Source of the DNA: Isurus oxyrinchus
Lineage: Eukaryota
DNA length: 64,000 nucleotides
NCBI GenBank assembly: GCA_026770705.1
Contig: JANJGN010000021.1
Coordinates: 90,706,001 to 90,770,000, forward strand
Direction of reading: 5' to 3'
Shown here: in pieces, positions 52,001-64,000 of the stretch
Layout of the letters: each line of letters starts with the position of its first letter
How positions within the stretch are numbered: position 1 is the first letter of the stretch
Notes under the pieces: model-generated
The model's input: only the letters and a program-made list of their open reading frames with translations
Database searches by the model: none
Told to the model about the DNA's origin: nothing
Made by a program: the position numbers and the translations under genes

Positions 52001-54030
52001 AACCCAATAACAAACATATCATATTTATATCATATTTATTATGTTTTATTTAAATCATTAGGTAGCAAGCTTATCCAAATATTATTGAGATGTAATCCTT
52101 AGTTAGGTTTGCAGTTTAACTGGCTACATACTATGTTTAATGCAATATTAATATCTCACCATTAACAATTTAATATACAGCTGCAGTCAAGAGAGTGCAG
52201 AAAACAAATCTGAAACCACCAACGAACTAACTGCATGAGTGAAAAAAATGACGGCATGCTCAGGTTACTCTGTATCTGATTCACTCACTTGGGCCATTCT
52301 CTTTGTTTATAATATACCAGTCAGAGCCTCTTCCCCCACTTCACTGAATTCCCTCATTTACCAAATCCCAGTGTGCATCACACAGCTTCTCTGTACTCAG
52401 GCAAAGATGCAGCTTCATGATGCTTACCTTGTCTATCACCTAAACTTCCTATATTAATAACGCTGCAATTCAACTGGCATGTAACAAATATTGTTGGCTC
52501 GGGATTCGGTTTTTCCTAGTTTCCTAATTAAATAGATGCAGCTGCCTCTCGGAAGTGAGCTTCATTATCACTGCACATGTCTGAAATAAACCACAATTCA
52601 CTGTTAGCATTAAGTTACATGTTAATTGCAAGCTTGACAATATATTCGAAGAGAACAGTTCAGAGCGTTTACTTCCCAAATTCCCAGCTGTCAGCACTCA
52701 GTCTTGCTGCACTTAGGCAAACTGCACCTTCGTAATACTTAGGCAAAAATGAATGGCCGGTAAAGAACACTGGGATAGAATTACAGTTAACAAAAATATG
52801 TATTCTATCAATCTTCTCTTGGGGTTGGCCTACTGTTCATTGAATGTGTCCAATTTGTTGTGGCAGCATCCACGTTTACAGGCATGTTATTGACTGGAAC
52901 ATTGAATGATAATAGTAGAGGTTCCAACAATCTTTTCATCACACTGCTAGCCACGAAACCCTTACCATTCCTAATACGTGTCAAGGGCTTGTGGTGAGCC
53001 ATTTTGCAGATTGACACCCTGTTAGTGCACGTTCTGAACGCATTATGCTTGGGCACTGGGCCCTTGACTGGGACAGTAACAGGAAGCTTCTATCAGAGTA
53101 AGTGATGTTATCCACTGCGCCACAAGACCCCATATGAGAAATTCTGCTGGCATTTAAATAGTAAGTGCGTAGCATGAGGGAAAGAGGGTAATTAACATTA
53201 AGCGGGAAATGCTGGAAGATGGAAGATGGAAAATGGAAGATCATGATGACAAAATATTGGAGGTGCAATGGATAGTACGAAAAATGAAAGGAAAGGTGCT
53301 CTTAAACAACTGGTTATACAATCATGGATAATCGACTTCATCCATCAGATACCCAAAACTTATTCAGAATCTGTATGAGTCTGTGGTTATGCTAAAAACC
53401 GATTATTGTTCCAACTTCTTGTCAGACGGATATGTATGTGCCATAGAGGGTTCAGTGGAGATTGACCAGAATGAGTCAGTTATGAGGAACTTTTGTTACA
53501 AAGATAGGCTGGGGAGCTGACGTTGCTCTCCTTAATTAGAAGTGGATTGAGTGGAGATTTGATCGAGGTGGACCAGCTGAATATGGATTTATAAAAATAT
53601 CGACAAATGACTTTTTTTGTGGTTGATGGCTAAATGGTTCATAGATACAGATTGAATCATTTGGGTATTGTGCACCATGAATAATGAAATATATCAGCAG
53701 AAAATGTCTCTTTACTCTAAGTGATAAAAGATCACTTGATGTTTTCAACTGACTACTTGTTCAGTTTATGTCAATGGCAAATATGATCAGTCTTATGCTG
53801 AGCAGCATCACTATTTTTGTTGGTTGTAATAATAATAAAACAGATTTTCTAATTTCCTGTCACTTTTATGTCCGCAAAGTGGCCTGTTGCATGCCATGTT
53901 CGGAATGTTTCAACATTGTTGCAAATTAGTCTTCATATGATTTTTGCAATCCATTGTTTTTATTATTGAAATTTTGAAATTTATATGGCATTGTTTCTGT
54001 GAAATCTACATGCACCCTTTCCTGTTATAG

Positions 54031-54057
54031 CAAAGAAACTGATCGAAAAGACTTTAG
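54031..54057 (+). CDS. Microexon 14, 27 nt ((T)KKLIEKTL)
   Basis: ccctttcctgttatag|CAAAGAAACTGATCGAAAAGACTTTAG|gtaacg; fills the fourth slot of the 36-27-27-27 module. Confidence 0.85.
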
Positions 54058-57000
54058 GTAACGCATCTCACTCAGTTTTAAGAATAATCTCCTGCTAAAT
54101 AGTAAACAAAAAACATAACATTTCGTTTTGCTAGAGGTTACAAGTGGCATAACAAAATGGAAATGAAAATCGAACGTGATGAGAAACTGACGATCAATCT
54201 GGCACCTCAATTTTTGTGCATATTTAAATAATGTTAAATATGTCGGTTGTTTCATAAATTAGGCAAAAATAATAATCCATCATTAATTAGATTTTAATTT
54301 CTCATTAAAATTTAATCTGACCTGAAATATATGCTTTGTGCGATATAAATCTCACTATACATATGTTAATTATTTTCAATTATAATTAATTAAATTCGGA
54401 ATTGTAATCTTTAGCCTTTCCAGAACAACAATTATTATATTCAGCAAATGTCTTCAAAATTTACCCTTTGACATCTCACTACACACTACTGTGGTCGCAG
54501 AAATGGGAACATGTTTCATTTTTCAATGGAAATTGGAAACTGTCATTTATGCATCTTCCATCCTTTCAATTCTATGTAAAATATATTGGTCATCCAGTGC
54601 TATTGGTAAGGAATCATCCGTCAAAGTGTCTTACATCCAACAGCCCATTCGTTTTTCTTTTCATAATACTATAGTGCAATTTTCAGAATGGCCATTTGGC
54701 TTCTCAACTGGTGATTTAACCAATTTTTACAAAAAATCATTTTAATAAGATCCAGCTCCGAAGAGTCATGTTGGGCTCGAAATGTTAACCTCCGTTCTCT
54801 CTCCATGGATGCTTCCAGACCTGCTGAATTTTTCCAGACTTTCCTATTTTCATTTTATAAGATCTGCCTCGTTTGGTTCATTAATTTTAATGGGAAAAAG
54901 GACGAAATCAGGGTTGCATTTCGTAAATCGTTCACGATGTCAACATGAAATGCAACATTGGCTGCATGTGCATGGTAACTTCCTTTCACATCTAAATATT
55001 ATTTTTCGAATATTGGTCCAATAATAACTAATACATCGCTCCTGGCAAAATAGATTCAAACATATTGTATCCTAACAGAAGCAAGTTGGGTGCCCACCCT
55101 ATATCATGTTGCATTGACTGTTTGCTACTGCACACAAGGAAATGCTACACGTGTTATATGATATTGCAATTATACAATGTGCTTAAAAATATGCAAAAGA
55201 AACTCGAAACAAATCAGTTTCTCAATGCATTCCTGCAAATATTTATATTGCATCTTCCTGTTAATTTTCTAATATGCAATAATTTATACTAAATCATTAA
55301 AACAAAACACAAATAAAATCAGCAAAGTGAAGGTTTCTTATTCCTTATGTTCTTTTAACTGAATTAAAGGTATTTCTATCCATAAACGTGGAAGAAATTT
55401 GTCCCCTAACTGCTCTCCACGGGCACGTCACAAGGTTGTAAAATCAAATGTTATATATAAACCACTTTAGGATGGTAAAACAACCAAGACACTGCTTATG
55501 AAGAATTAAAAACATATATGTTTAGAGTCGCATAAGGAGATATTAGAACATAGATACAAACAATGGCCAAATATTTAGGGTTTAAGAAACGTTTCCAATT
55601 AGCAAAAAAAAATTAGAAATCTAAAGAGCTCCAGCATCAGAATTTCAGAACATAGCGCTTGAAAGCTACATCCACGACTCCCATTGTTATAGCAAATTAA
55701 AAAAGGCTGGCCAATGTGCCCGAAATTGATGTGCAGAGGTAGCTCGTTGTTTTGCAGTCCTCCAACCGGGTCCACATTTAGGGAAAAGCACGAGGCTGGA
55801 GGGAATTAAAAAGAAGAATTTGAGTAAGTTGAATTGCCATTTAACTTAGAAAGAATGTCTGTCAAGAAGTGCATTGGTGCGGGGTTATTGGGAATTGGGG
55901 TATGCAGAGATATCGATGTCCTCAAGGTTTCTGGTGTTGCAGATGGGAGGCCTGATGCTCAGGTGCTGTAGCTGCCAAATATAGACATAACAAAAGCATG
56001 CATGAGGGTCCAGAAACGAACTGAGCCAAGCATGGAGTGTGCGAAAGTTATGGGACAGATTTTCACCAAATTCTGGCATGTTAATGTTTTAAGAAGACAA
56101 TCCTTTGTTAAATTTCAGCATCAATATTGCGACTGCTTAATTCAGCCTCAGGAAATTGCCATAGAAAGTTTTCATTTCCTTGTCCAGAACTGAAGATTGT
56201 GCCTTCGATCTTTCTAATTTTTAGTGAGATATTTAGCATGTATATGGGATGGACCAAGGAAAATATTTCAACTCAATAGGGGCACACATGAGGCACTGCG
56301 AGCCATCACCAGCAGAATGCGTTTATTAAATGAGAATTGCAAACCCATGGCCTCACATGACCCTCACTCTACCATTAAAATGAAGCCAGCAATCCAACAG
56401 TGGGTTTCAATGATAAGTGTGGCGGAGCATGCCAGGAGTAACACTGCGTATACCTAAACCTGAAGAGCTAATTGGTGAAGCATCAAACCCAACAAGAAGG
56501 CATGCAAATTTGCCCAATGAGCATGGTATCAGCAGTGCTAACTGAGCCTACGACCAACGGATCAGATCAAAGCTCTTCTGTTCTGTAACATCCTTTCATG
56601 GTGCACAATTAAACAACTAACAGAATGAGGTATCGTCAACAAACCCATCTTCAATATTGGTGGAACATGAGCACATTAGAGCTAAAATGTTGCTAAAATG
56701 TTTGGAAAAAATATTCAGCCTGATGTGACAAGTAACTGATCCATCTCGCCTCTTCAATTGGCCACATCGTTGCAAAAGGCTCTCGTAAGACAAATTTGTT
56801 CCAATGATATACAATAATGGCGAAGTGCACTGGATATCGCAAACCTTATGGGCCCACGCAGCACCCTGGCTGCAAAGCGGAAAACCGTGCTATTGGTTTA
56901 GCCTCGCTTTAAATCAAGCTATTGCAGTGGAGATCCAAGCATCGTCTGTCCACAGAAGAAAAAAAAAGATATTTTCGAGGCACTTGTGGCCGTATCAGAT

Positions 57001-57365
57001 GACAAAGTGCAAAGTGACGGGGCGCGTGGTCGACAATATTAAAAGGCTGTTCGGAATTCCAAATGTCGAGTTAGGAGGCCGCAGGAACTAGACAGCTCTT
57101 GACCTCATTGTGACCTTAATTAAAGCACGGAAAACATAACTGAATTCCAGAGTTGAGATAAGAGTGACTGCCATAACTTGAAATGAGCATCCGACCACTC
57201 ATGGCTTCAAGGAACCTTTTCAAATTATAGTCAATATGAATGAGTGGGAAAACTCTTCCCAGACTGGTGCCATACTGAACTGAAAGTGAATAGTTGAAAC
57301 TGTGCTTGCGATTCACAACGTGGCAGCAAAATACAAGATCATGTTGTTGGTACCTTTTCTTTCAG

Positions 57366-57401
57366 AAGTTGAAAGGCTGTCTGGGAAACTGCAGGAGTGT
57401 G
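57366..57401 (+). CDS. Microexon 15, 36 nt ((E)VERLSGKLQEC)
   Basis: ccttttctttcag|AAGTTGAA...GGAGTGTG|gtaagg. Confidence 0.9.
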
Positions 57402-57422
57402 GTAAGGAAATTGACCAAATCG

Positions 57423-57478
57423 GTGTATATGTGTATGTGCGTGTGTGTATGTATGTGTCCGTGTGTGTGTGTGTGTAT
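57423..57478. repeat. Imperfect (GT)n microsatellite
   Basis: gtgtatatgtgtatgtgcgtgtgt..., starting about 20 nt after the exon 15 donor. Confidence 0.9.
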
Positions 57479-58711
57479 GATCTATATCATATATTCACCG
57501 ATTATTTTTCAATAGTGCAAAAATATATTCGTCCTAATCCATTGAGGGAAAAACCTAAATTCATTTATTTCGACAAAAGAATTGAGAAAATGTAAGAATA
57601 TTAATGGTTCTTTTTAAACATATTCATCACGAAATAAAATTTCAGTTGTACCTCGTTTATAATTGTACTGCTTTGTGCAAGTATTGTAATGCACTGGGGC
57701 TCCATTCTAATAGGTTAATGCAGTTGACTAATTCACGATCCAATTCATATTCATGACTTGATGACACATCAATTGTACATTGAAGTTAATTTTTATTTAC
57801 TTAATCTGATATCATTGGCTTCATTTTGGAAGACAGATTTATGTAGCGTAGCCCTGCAATTAATCAATGCTTAGTAAAGAAATGAGAAGGGATTGACCTC
57901 ATGTGTCGGTCACAAAGTCTCCACTTTTTAGCCATTCAATTCCATTTTTAACAATCGAACAGGTCAGTTACCACGCACAAAATTCCCGGCTCTCTACCTT
58001 TATATTATTTCACTGCTCAGGACGTGTTTAAGGGCTAAAAAGAATTTTAAAAATTCAAAAAGAGAAAGATTTCGAAGTACAGGACCTGTGTTGAGAATCT
58101 AAGTCTTAAGAATTAGAGACCATTATTTCCATTTCCCCACTGACAAAACTAGAATATCCCAAAAATACATTATAGCAGAGTTATCACTTTTCAAAGTGCA
58201 CAGCTACTGGAAACTAGCAGGTCTATAATTCGAAAACCACAACTAAATCAGAGATAAGAAAATATTTATTTTTATTGTTATTATGCTGATTCGTGGAAAT
58301 GTAGTGACAGTTGAACTACCTTGCTCTTCTTTTTTCAAAACCGTGCTATGGAAATCTTATATTCACTAATGGGAACAAACAGTCCCGCAGCTGAATTGAT
58401 TGGTAGAAAGGCAAAATCTGTGACATTAAGACAGGAGGGTCCAATTTGGCTTATGACCTTATGTGCACGCCATTTTGGTTCAGAGCTCAGTGGGCAATAA
58501 CTGTACCAAAACTATACAAGTGGCTGAACTATTAGAATTGTCGCTATTGTTAAACAAGCGAGTATTAACATCAAACAAACATAGAAGATGATTCAATCAT
58601 AGTATTGAAAAAAGAGACTTAAACAGGTAGTAAAAACGTGCCGTCGGACAATGCAGCTTGATACTTCTTTGCTAAAATGCCTGTAATTCTGCAGCTGTTC
58701 TGATTCCACAG

Positions 58712-58738
58712 AAAATCTTCTAGAGCAGAAAACGAGAG
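58712..58738 (+). CDS. Microexon 16, 27 nt ((E)NLLEQKTR)
   Basis: tgttctgattccacag|AAAATCTTCTAGAGCAGAAAACGAGAG|gtaagg. Confidence 0.88.
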
Positions 58739-58804
58739 GTAAGGTCATACGTGAGGCATTGCTTCGTGATACTGAGGTTGTTTTTCTTATTTAATCTGCA
58801 TAAG

Positions 58805-59260
58805 GATATAAGAACAACAATTAAAAATGTTTAACTCCTTCGGCCCATCAACACTACGCCACTATTCAATCGATCGTGTTGGATCTGATTGTGGTCTTAA
58901 GTCCTCATTCCTGCCTTACCACCACCCCCAGCCTCCACGGCCTTGACTCCCCAGTAGATCAATATTCTCTCTAACTCAGCCTTGAAAGGCTCAATGACAC
59001 ATTGCCTGGAATAGATAATTGAAAAATGCTAATGGTGCCCTGAGGGAACACATTCCTCCTCATCTCCATCCTAAATAGGAGAAATTTTATTCTGAAATGG
59101 CCCGCTCTACCTCTGGGTTGCCCAAAAAGGGGAGGGGCCCCTCAACGTTTAACCTGTTAAGGCCTCTCAGGACTGTATATGTTCCGATAAGTTCATCACT
59201 ATGTCTTCTAAATTTCTGTCTAATCTGCTTAATATTTCTCATAAGACAATCCCTTATACT
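58805..59260 (-). mobile_element. CR1 3' end
   Basis: Reverse-complement similarity to the CR1 3' UTR at 8600-8840 (cattcctcctcatctccatcctaaat..., ctctctaactcagccttgaa). Confidence 0.75.
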
Positions 59261-59279
59261 CTGCATCTAATACATATGT

Positions 59280-59965
59280 TCATTGTAATTGCAACAGGAG
59301 TGGTCTTCTCCACTGACAGGTTGCTGCTGGCAAGCCAAAAGACTTTCTGCCTACAGCAGATATTTGTGAAGCATATATGCTTTAGGGGCTGAGTGATACC
59401 TGGTATGTAGGCTGCACGTCCCAAGGACTGGGGGTTGCTATCCAACAGCATGTCGCTTTGGTTTTCAGCAAAGTGCTGACTATACTCAACCTGCAAGTGC
59501 TTGAAAAATCCAACATTAGTTGTGATTCAGCAATTTGACAGCACTTGGTAAACTATCCTGATTGTGCTCGGAATTACATTGAGAAGCAATTTAGGATTAT
59601 CAGTTGGACTCGCAGTGTGGCACACTAATATGTGCTTGAAGATATATATATTCAGACACAGAGCCCTGTCCTTTTCAAGATAAATTACATGTCCACGCAT
59701 TGTTTCTTTTTCATGGGAAACAGCCATGCCCTGCCCATTCACCATGGCAATGACTTAAGTAATCAGAGTTTACCTTTCTGGTTTTAATTGGAACAACAGC
59801 CGTTAAATGTTCCCTGATACATTCTCCATGGCAAAGCCTTTACTAATCAAAGTCGACTTGCTAACCATGCAGTGTAAATTGATATTTCTTTTGAGATTCG
59901 ATATTCTTGTGAATCTGTCCTGAAGAGTGTGAGATGAAAAGATTTGGCAGCATGTCTATTTTCCA
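59280..59965 (+). mobile_element. Penelope-like GIY-YIG and terminal fragment
   Basis: Colinear with 19040-19780 (ccactgacaggttgctgc...gatacctggtatgtaggctgcacgtcccaaggactgg...ctgtcctgaagagtg). Confidence 0.8.
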
Positions 59966-60222
59966 GTAATAGATAAGAACAAAATTATGTGTAGTATCGC
60001 CTGCATTGCCTCTGCAATAACATCTATAGTTGTAACAAGAGGTCCCTGTACTCCATCCGTCTTTAAACAAGGGCCAACTTTCAATTACCTGCCTAATTAT
60101 TTGCATTAATTGAATGCGTTTTCCCCCGTGACCCATAAAGAATCACCCACAATGTGTATCTACATATATATGATGACTTCAAAAGAGTAAAGTAATATTC
60201 CAACGGTTATTATTTTGTTTAG

Positions 60223-60249
60223 AACTTGCAGGACATAAGAAAGATGATG
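60223..60249 (+). CDS. Microexon 17, 27 nt ((E)LAGHKKDD)
   Basis: ttattattttgtttag|AACTTGCAGGACATAAGAAAGATGATG|gtgagt; paralogous to exon 6. Confidence 0.88.
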
Positions 60250-60481
60250 GTGAGTAATAGGAGAATAGGTAACTCAGGGTAATTTGCAAAGAAAAAAAGT
60301 TTGCTCGAGTTAATTAGGATCCGCCAAATATGGAAATGTTCTATTTTAAATTTATAATTCCCTACTGTGACTAAACAGGACAGGAGAAAATGACTGAATG
60401 TATTTAATCCCAAAATTCAAACAATATATCAGTATGCCACTTCGTCCACTCAGTAGCTTTTTTGACAAATATATATGTGTA

Positions 60482-60483
<2 letters not shown>

Positions 60484-60532
<49 letters not shown>

Positions 60533-60544
60533 GCGTGTGTGTGT
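60484..60544. repeat. (GT)n microsatellite
   Basis: About 30 GT units with two GC interruptions. Confidence 0.95.
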
Positions 60545-61149
60545 CTATTGATGTGTCTGTGCATGTTGATGTTACATTGTGTTGTTTCCTATTAGTAGTG
60601 TTTTCAAATCTCCCTCCTTACCATAGCTAGCATATCCCTTCATGTATATTTTCAATGGATTGAATAAGAGTTGAGTACCATTTGAGAATAAGTGGTGAGA
60701 AATGCTGAGAAACACTGTTGAGAAATTCATCAGTCACACATTTGAGCAAAAAAGTATTTAAATTAAATGATTGAACGTTGGGTACATAGTGATAAAGGCA
60801 ATCACAGAATGAATAAAACTGAAATATATCAAGTTGTCTGAGTGAGAAATGAGCAATAGAAGATTTTCACCTTTAGAGCCACACATAGTGAAAAACAATT
60901 CAAATACATGGAATTGTAAAAGATGTAAGCAGCATGATAGCATATATATCAATGATCATTTTCTGGAGTCTTTGTAAAACAATTTTTGGACCATATAAAA
61001 TTAGATGAATAGTAGAAAGAAGGGAATAGCAACTAGAAATACCTCCGATAGGGTATTATAACTCGGAAGGAAGATGGCCATTGACGTATCAAATTTGGAG
61101 TCAATCAGTTCCAAAATTCACTGTAACTTTTTTCCAAACTTTGCCAAAT

Positions 61150-62875
61150 GCAGAAAATGTCTTCAGAGGAAAGGCAAGAACTGCATAAGACAAAAAATCA
61201 GAATTTGATCAAGAGTGGATTGATGGTGTTCTGACAAAATTGAAGTCAATGGGAACCATGGGAATTGCCTTCAATATTTGATGTCATGTCATGCACTAAC
61301 GAATGCTGTCATGTTTGAAGGAGGCCAATAATCTCAGACCAATGGCATCACTGTCGGTTTTCTCATGGTACTGACAGAAATACTTAATCACTTGCTTTGT
61401 GAATGACCTGCCCTCAAACATAATGTCAGGAGAGCTTGATTATTGCAGTGTGCAGTTCTATTTGGAATTTCTCAGACATGTATTATTTGGAGCCGGCGAG
61501 GTACATGTCCGGGTTATTGTTCAGGCATGGGCAGTTACGCACCACAAAACTATCAGGCAAAGACTACTTTCGACAAGAAACAAAAAAACCATCTCTCATT
61601 TACTTTCATAGGCATTAAATTCGCTGGATATCATTAAAAAAAACTCAGAACATATATATGGGAGCAAGAGTACAACACCTGTATTCGGTTCCATTATTTA
61701 GTAAGATTATGACGGACAATCAAGTTGAACTGCACTTATCCATCCAGTCACCATGTCCATTGTTTCCCTGAGAGGCTGAACATCTGACTTTCTCAACATT
61801 AAATATGTCCAAGGATGGGTCATTCGCAACCTCATTGAGCACCAAATTCCAAAAATTCACAATCCTTTCACAGAAGACTTCTACTTATTTCAGTGTCGAC
61901 GAGGCTGCACTCCAGTGTTCTATGTTCCTCAGCTAGGGCAGCAACTCTAAATCTGTACCCTGTCAAACCACTTTAGAATTATACAGATTTAGCTTAAATT
62001 AGCCCTCATTCTTATACGTTGCAGTATTTATAGATTCAATTCGTTAAAACGCACGTCATAGGACAACTCTCAATCCAGGAATTAATCTAGTGAACAAGTA
62101 AGGGACCGCCTCGAATGCAATTATCCCTTCCCTGATATGGGAATTTTACGTGCTTTCTCACCAGGGCCCGTTGCATGTGCAGCAGGACTTCTTCATTCTA
62201 GTAGTCGTATAGCCTGTTCAACATTCTGCAGACTGGTGGGAACCATTGGCTAAAATATCAAATGAACTAGCCATATAAGCATTGTTCCTGCAGGTCAGAG
62301 GTTGGGAGTGTCATAGATTCCCCAAGGCGCTTCTAACTCATTGTCCGATTCCCCAAGGCGCTTCTAACGTTAAAAATGTACAATTCAGTAGTTTGACTGA
62401 AGAATTTACATGTGTCTCAATGAGTGTAGCTAAAACAAAATCATAAAACTCTATACATTGCGAGACAAAACAGTTCATTCACTATCTTAAATATTCACTC
62501 CCTCTACTGTCAGTGCAAAGTGACAGCAGTGCACATTATCTACAAGGTTCACTACAGTAACTTTTCAGTCTTACTTCGATAGCAACTTCAAAACCCACGC
62601 TCTCTCCAATCTATAGGAGTCCAAGAGAAGAATACTACAATGGCAAGTTCCCGTGCAAGTCACACACATAACAAACTGTAACCTTATCATCACTTCAATT
62701 TCATTAGGCTGGGATCCTGGAACACGCTTCTGAACAACACTTTGTACGTGTCTACACCAAAGTTATTGCAGAAGTGCCAGAAGGCTTCTCATCACTATGT
62801 TCTCAAGGGCAGTTAGCGTTGTGCAATAAATCCTGGCCTTTCCAGCGACGCTTGCATCCCAAGAATGAATTGAAC
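61150..62875 (+). mobile_element. Degraded CR1/L2-group LINE split by an antisense CR1 3' fragment (about 61650-62180)
   Basis: Ends ...ttctcaagggcagttagcgttgtgcaataaatcctggcc...catcccaagaatgaat, like 25914-25985. Confidence 0.7.
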
Positions 62876-63828
62876 ACGTCCAAGCAGATTGCTTTTAGGC
62901 TGCAGCAACAAGGATGCACAGTAAACGTCTGCGGTGCTATTATCCTTTGGAAACTTTAAAGGAGCTCATGTTAGCCGGTGCAGATCGAAACAGTGGTGAG
63001 GGTACCTCACAGAATTAAAAAGCATATCGAGGAAAGCTGCTACTTTACCATTAAACGTTTAATTGTGGTTCATTAGACGAATAGTATCAGGCCACATACT
63101 TTGGAACTTTGAAAAATCAATTCTGAAAACAATGTTTTAAAAATTTAGTAGAAAATATCAACTTCTAAACAGTTGTTTGGCGCGTTAGTAGTGAAAGGGG
63201 AATAAAGCTGCTAAATGCTGAATTGAATTGATCATGCAAAAGGAAAACTCAGCAGGTTTCAGATTTAAGGTTTTCTTCAGGATTTTAGCATTGACAACAT
63301 TGTGTGTTTTTCTATTGAGTTAGGATGTTGTCTTGGAGATGTCACAAAGCAGTTGGGGTTACAAATTACTTTCTACGGACCCCGGTTTCTTCTCTATTCT
63401 TTGTGATTTCTATTGTGTGGAATTAATTGATCTGATTGATAACTAATGGATAACTTATTGGGAAAAATAGTTTTAAATTGGCTGTTTACTTCCCTGTCCG
63501 ATTATTAAAAATGCAACTTAAGAAGTGACTGTTTTTGACTGTAGGGGAATGTTAATCAACCATCACCTTCCAGTGGGTGGACATTCCCACATAGCTAAGC
63601 AAGGATAAAGACGGCAATTTAGCAAAGTTATGAAAATAATTTAAGTCACTGCACCATGCATTAAAGATGTGCCAGACTGTATGCCAAATTAAATAAGAAT
63701 AATATTAAATAATAGGTCAATACATGGTGGCATTTCAGGCCAAATTAAGGCTACAGAACTTGGTCATCAAGTAAGAGTAATAGCATAAAATTTATAGTTC
63801 GATGTTATTTTCTTCTTTACTCATTCAG

Positions 63829-63855
63829 ACTCAATGATACGTGAAACTAAGATCG
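63829..63855 (+). CDS. Microexon 18, 27 nt ((D)SMIRETKI)
   Basis: ttttcttctttactcattcag|ACTCAATGATACGTGAAACTAAGATCG|gtaatc; shares GATACGTGA with exon 7. Confidence 0.85.
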
Positions 63856-64000
63856 GTAATCATTTCATGTTACTTTTATTCCGTAAGCATAGCATGAATC
63901 GTAGGAAGGAAAATCGTATGGGGTGCGACGTCAGTGAATTTACAAAGCCTCCAATGCCCCAAATCCATGAATTAGTGGCAACATGTGCAGATGCCCTGAA

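Noticed and set aside
54424-54450. Acceptor followed by (E)QQLLYSAN
   Set aside because: No GT or GC donor at a 3n position.
56804-57091. Possible Myb/SANT-like Harbinger accessory ORF remnant
   Set aside because: Similarity too faint to support by eye.
57516-57591. Possible exon after exon 15
   Set aside because: 76 nt to the good donor (frameshift); the 15-nt alternative has a poor donor.
62316-62368. 22-bp direct repeat gattccccaaggcgcttctaac separated by 9 nt
   Set aside because: A small local duplication inside a decayed LINE with no sign of function.

Overview
AT-rich, repeat-dense eukaryotic DNA. The repeat families (CR1, Penelope-like, RTE, Harbinger remnants, a Deu-domain SINE) look like those of a cartilaginous fish; this is an inference. 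Almost all listed ORFs are noise or decayed transposon fragments. The main signal is invisible to the ORF track: the window appears to lie inside one + strand gene whose coding sequence here is an array of at least 18 microexons of 18-36 nt, spread from 2498 to 63855. Each has a pyrimidine-rich tract plus AG acceptor and a GT (or GC) donor, has a length divisible by 3, and reads open in phase 1. Joined in order they give 507 nt / 169 aa without a stop: (E)LEELRQKN-SKSAQHC-GKELNASKE-ELDSLKRALRNA-NDDLKIKQA-ELDKHVQSD-EDKIREVQL-ERQKIEAIHRNI-ETSVDP-ELEASRKDA-DARKMKKALQDL-EDKLREKES-DVLDGCSNE-TKKLIEKTL-EVERLSGKLQEC-ENLLEQKTR-ELAGHKKDD-DSMIRETKI. This is a charged, coiled-coil-like peptide built from a recurring 36-27-27-27 nt (39 aa) module. 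The architecture recalls the microexon-encoded cytoplasmic tails of butyrophilin and avian BG genes, but no Ig, clear TM or B30.2 exon was recognised, so gene identity is not established. Exon calls were read by eye and lack transcript support; transposon boundaries are approximate.
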